A DNA stretch of 64,000 bases from Macrostomum lignano (taxonomy: Eukaryota). Position 1 is the stretch's first letter, and each line of letters starts with the position of its first letter. The position numbers and the translations under genes were made by a program. Of the stretch, positions 63,106-64,000 are shown one piece after another. The stretch lies in NCBI GenBank assembly GCA_002269645.1, contig NIVC01000620.1:124001-188000 (forward strand), given 5' to 3'. Under the pieces are notes generated by a model that ran no database searches, was not told where the DNA came from, and saw only the letters and a program-made list of their open reading frames with translations.

Positions 63106-63144
63106 AGCCAACGCGTTTCGACACAAGCGGTCATCTTCAGGGCT
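63106..63144 (-). ncRNA. Minimal type I hammerhead-like motif typical of Penelope-like element pLTRs
   Basis: AGCC-CUGAAGA-U-GAC(CGCUUGU)GUC-GAAA-CGCG-UU-GGCU: 4-bp stem I, CUGANGA core with one extra U, stem II, GAAA, palindromic mini stem III, and a GUU cleavage triplet. Confidence 0.7.
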
Positions 63145-63448
63145 TGCACTCATGGTTCACAATTCCGTATATTTAAATAAATAAAGACAATCAAAGACTG
63201 TACAGGGCAATAGACGAATGGGTTCAGTCCAGTCAATAATTGTACATTAAGAGACAAAAATAAATTGTGTCCATTACTCTGCCGCGTTCAGTGGCTTGCC
63301 GGTGTACGATGTGCGGAGTAATGGGGTTTAAACTGTGAGGGGGGAGGCTGCATGCCTATTTATGCCGCCGCGCGGCCTTTGCACTCTCGCCACTCTTTGC
63401 GCTCAATTTTCTAACTAGCTATTTTTTAAGCAGGCTAGCTATTGAAAT

Positions 63449-63963
63449 ATGTGTGAACCGCAAGAACCGCTGAATCATTATACAGCCAAAGAGCTCGGTG
63501 GCCTTTTATTCAATTATGGGTGCAAACAACAAGGCAAAAAGAGTGAGCTCATTCAGCGCCTACGCCAAGCCATGCAGCAAAGCACACACAGCCGGAGATC
63601 TGAACGGAGACGCCAGGCTAAGGACGAAGAGGACGCCCTCTCTGCAGCGCTGGGTGCAGCCCGGATCAGCGACGGATCTGACGAGACTGCGCGGGGCCCC
63701 CGTCCCAGTCGGATGGCGACCGGAGAAAGCGGCTTCAGCACGAGGTGGAAGAGCTGGAATGTCGGGTCCTCGAGAACCGCAAGGCTCAGCTGCAGCGACA
63801 GCTAGGTGGGCTCGAGGCATCGGGATCATCGCTGTCTCAGCCAGGTGAGCGCCAGTCTGCGACTGATGTTTTGCGTGAATGTGCTGAAACGCTAGGCCAA
63901 TCGGTAGGGACTGGGCAGACGAGTGCCAATGGCAGTGCTATCCCGACAGGATCAGGCCAGTAG
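63449..63963 (+). pseudogene. SAP-domain + coiled-coil ORF (gag/ORF1-like), frameshifted
   Basis: LNHYTAKELGGLLFNYGCKQQGKKSELIQRLRQAM fits the SAP motif. After a frameshift (~63680-63720) the frame reads RKRLQHEVEELECRVLENRKAQLQRQL. It ends at TAG TAG. Confidence 0.65.
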
Positions 63964-64000
63964 TAGTATGTTATAAGGGGCTGCGCCACACTTATTGCTC

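Overview
Eukaryotic, intron-containing, repeat-dominated DNA, probably from an invertebrate animal; the species cannot be determined from the sequence. There are no prokaryotic features, rRNA or CRISPR arrays. Mobile elements: a decayed Helitron/Helentron Rep-PIF1 helicase gene (46.6-49.3 kb); two 3.5-4.4 kb non-autonomous Helitrons that carry minisatellites and sit in head-to-tail chains; a Merlin (IS1595-like) transposase; two mariner relics; a 5'-truncated RT+RNase H LINE inserted with a 12-bp TSD into a 246/249-bp satellite; an RTE-like LINE fragment; a tRNA-derived SINE; several hAT-like MITEs with 8-bp TSDs; a TTAA/TTGA-flanked TIR family; and a Penelope-type minimal hammerhead motif. 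Genes the ORF track misses or splits: two paralogous spliced Gly-rich CCHC zinc-knuckle genes (one ending in a CaaX-like motif), a spliced RPA1-like double-OB-fold gene, a possible decayed tyrosine recombinase, a SAP/coiled-coil ORF, and a probably secreted LamG-like exon. Two window-wide observations stand out. First, the hammerhead, putative recombinase, RPA, Rep-helicase and zinc-knuckle genes are all co-oriented on the minus strand over about 26 kb. Second, many repeat variants and nonsense codons are CpA->TpA (TpG->TpA) changes, resembling fungal RIP. All domain calls come from motif recognition by eye, not database searches.
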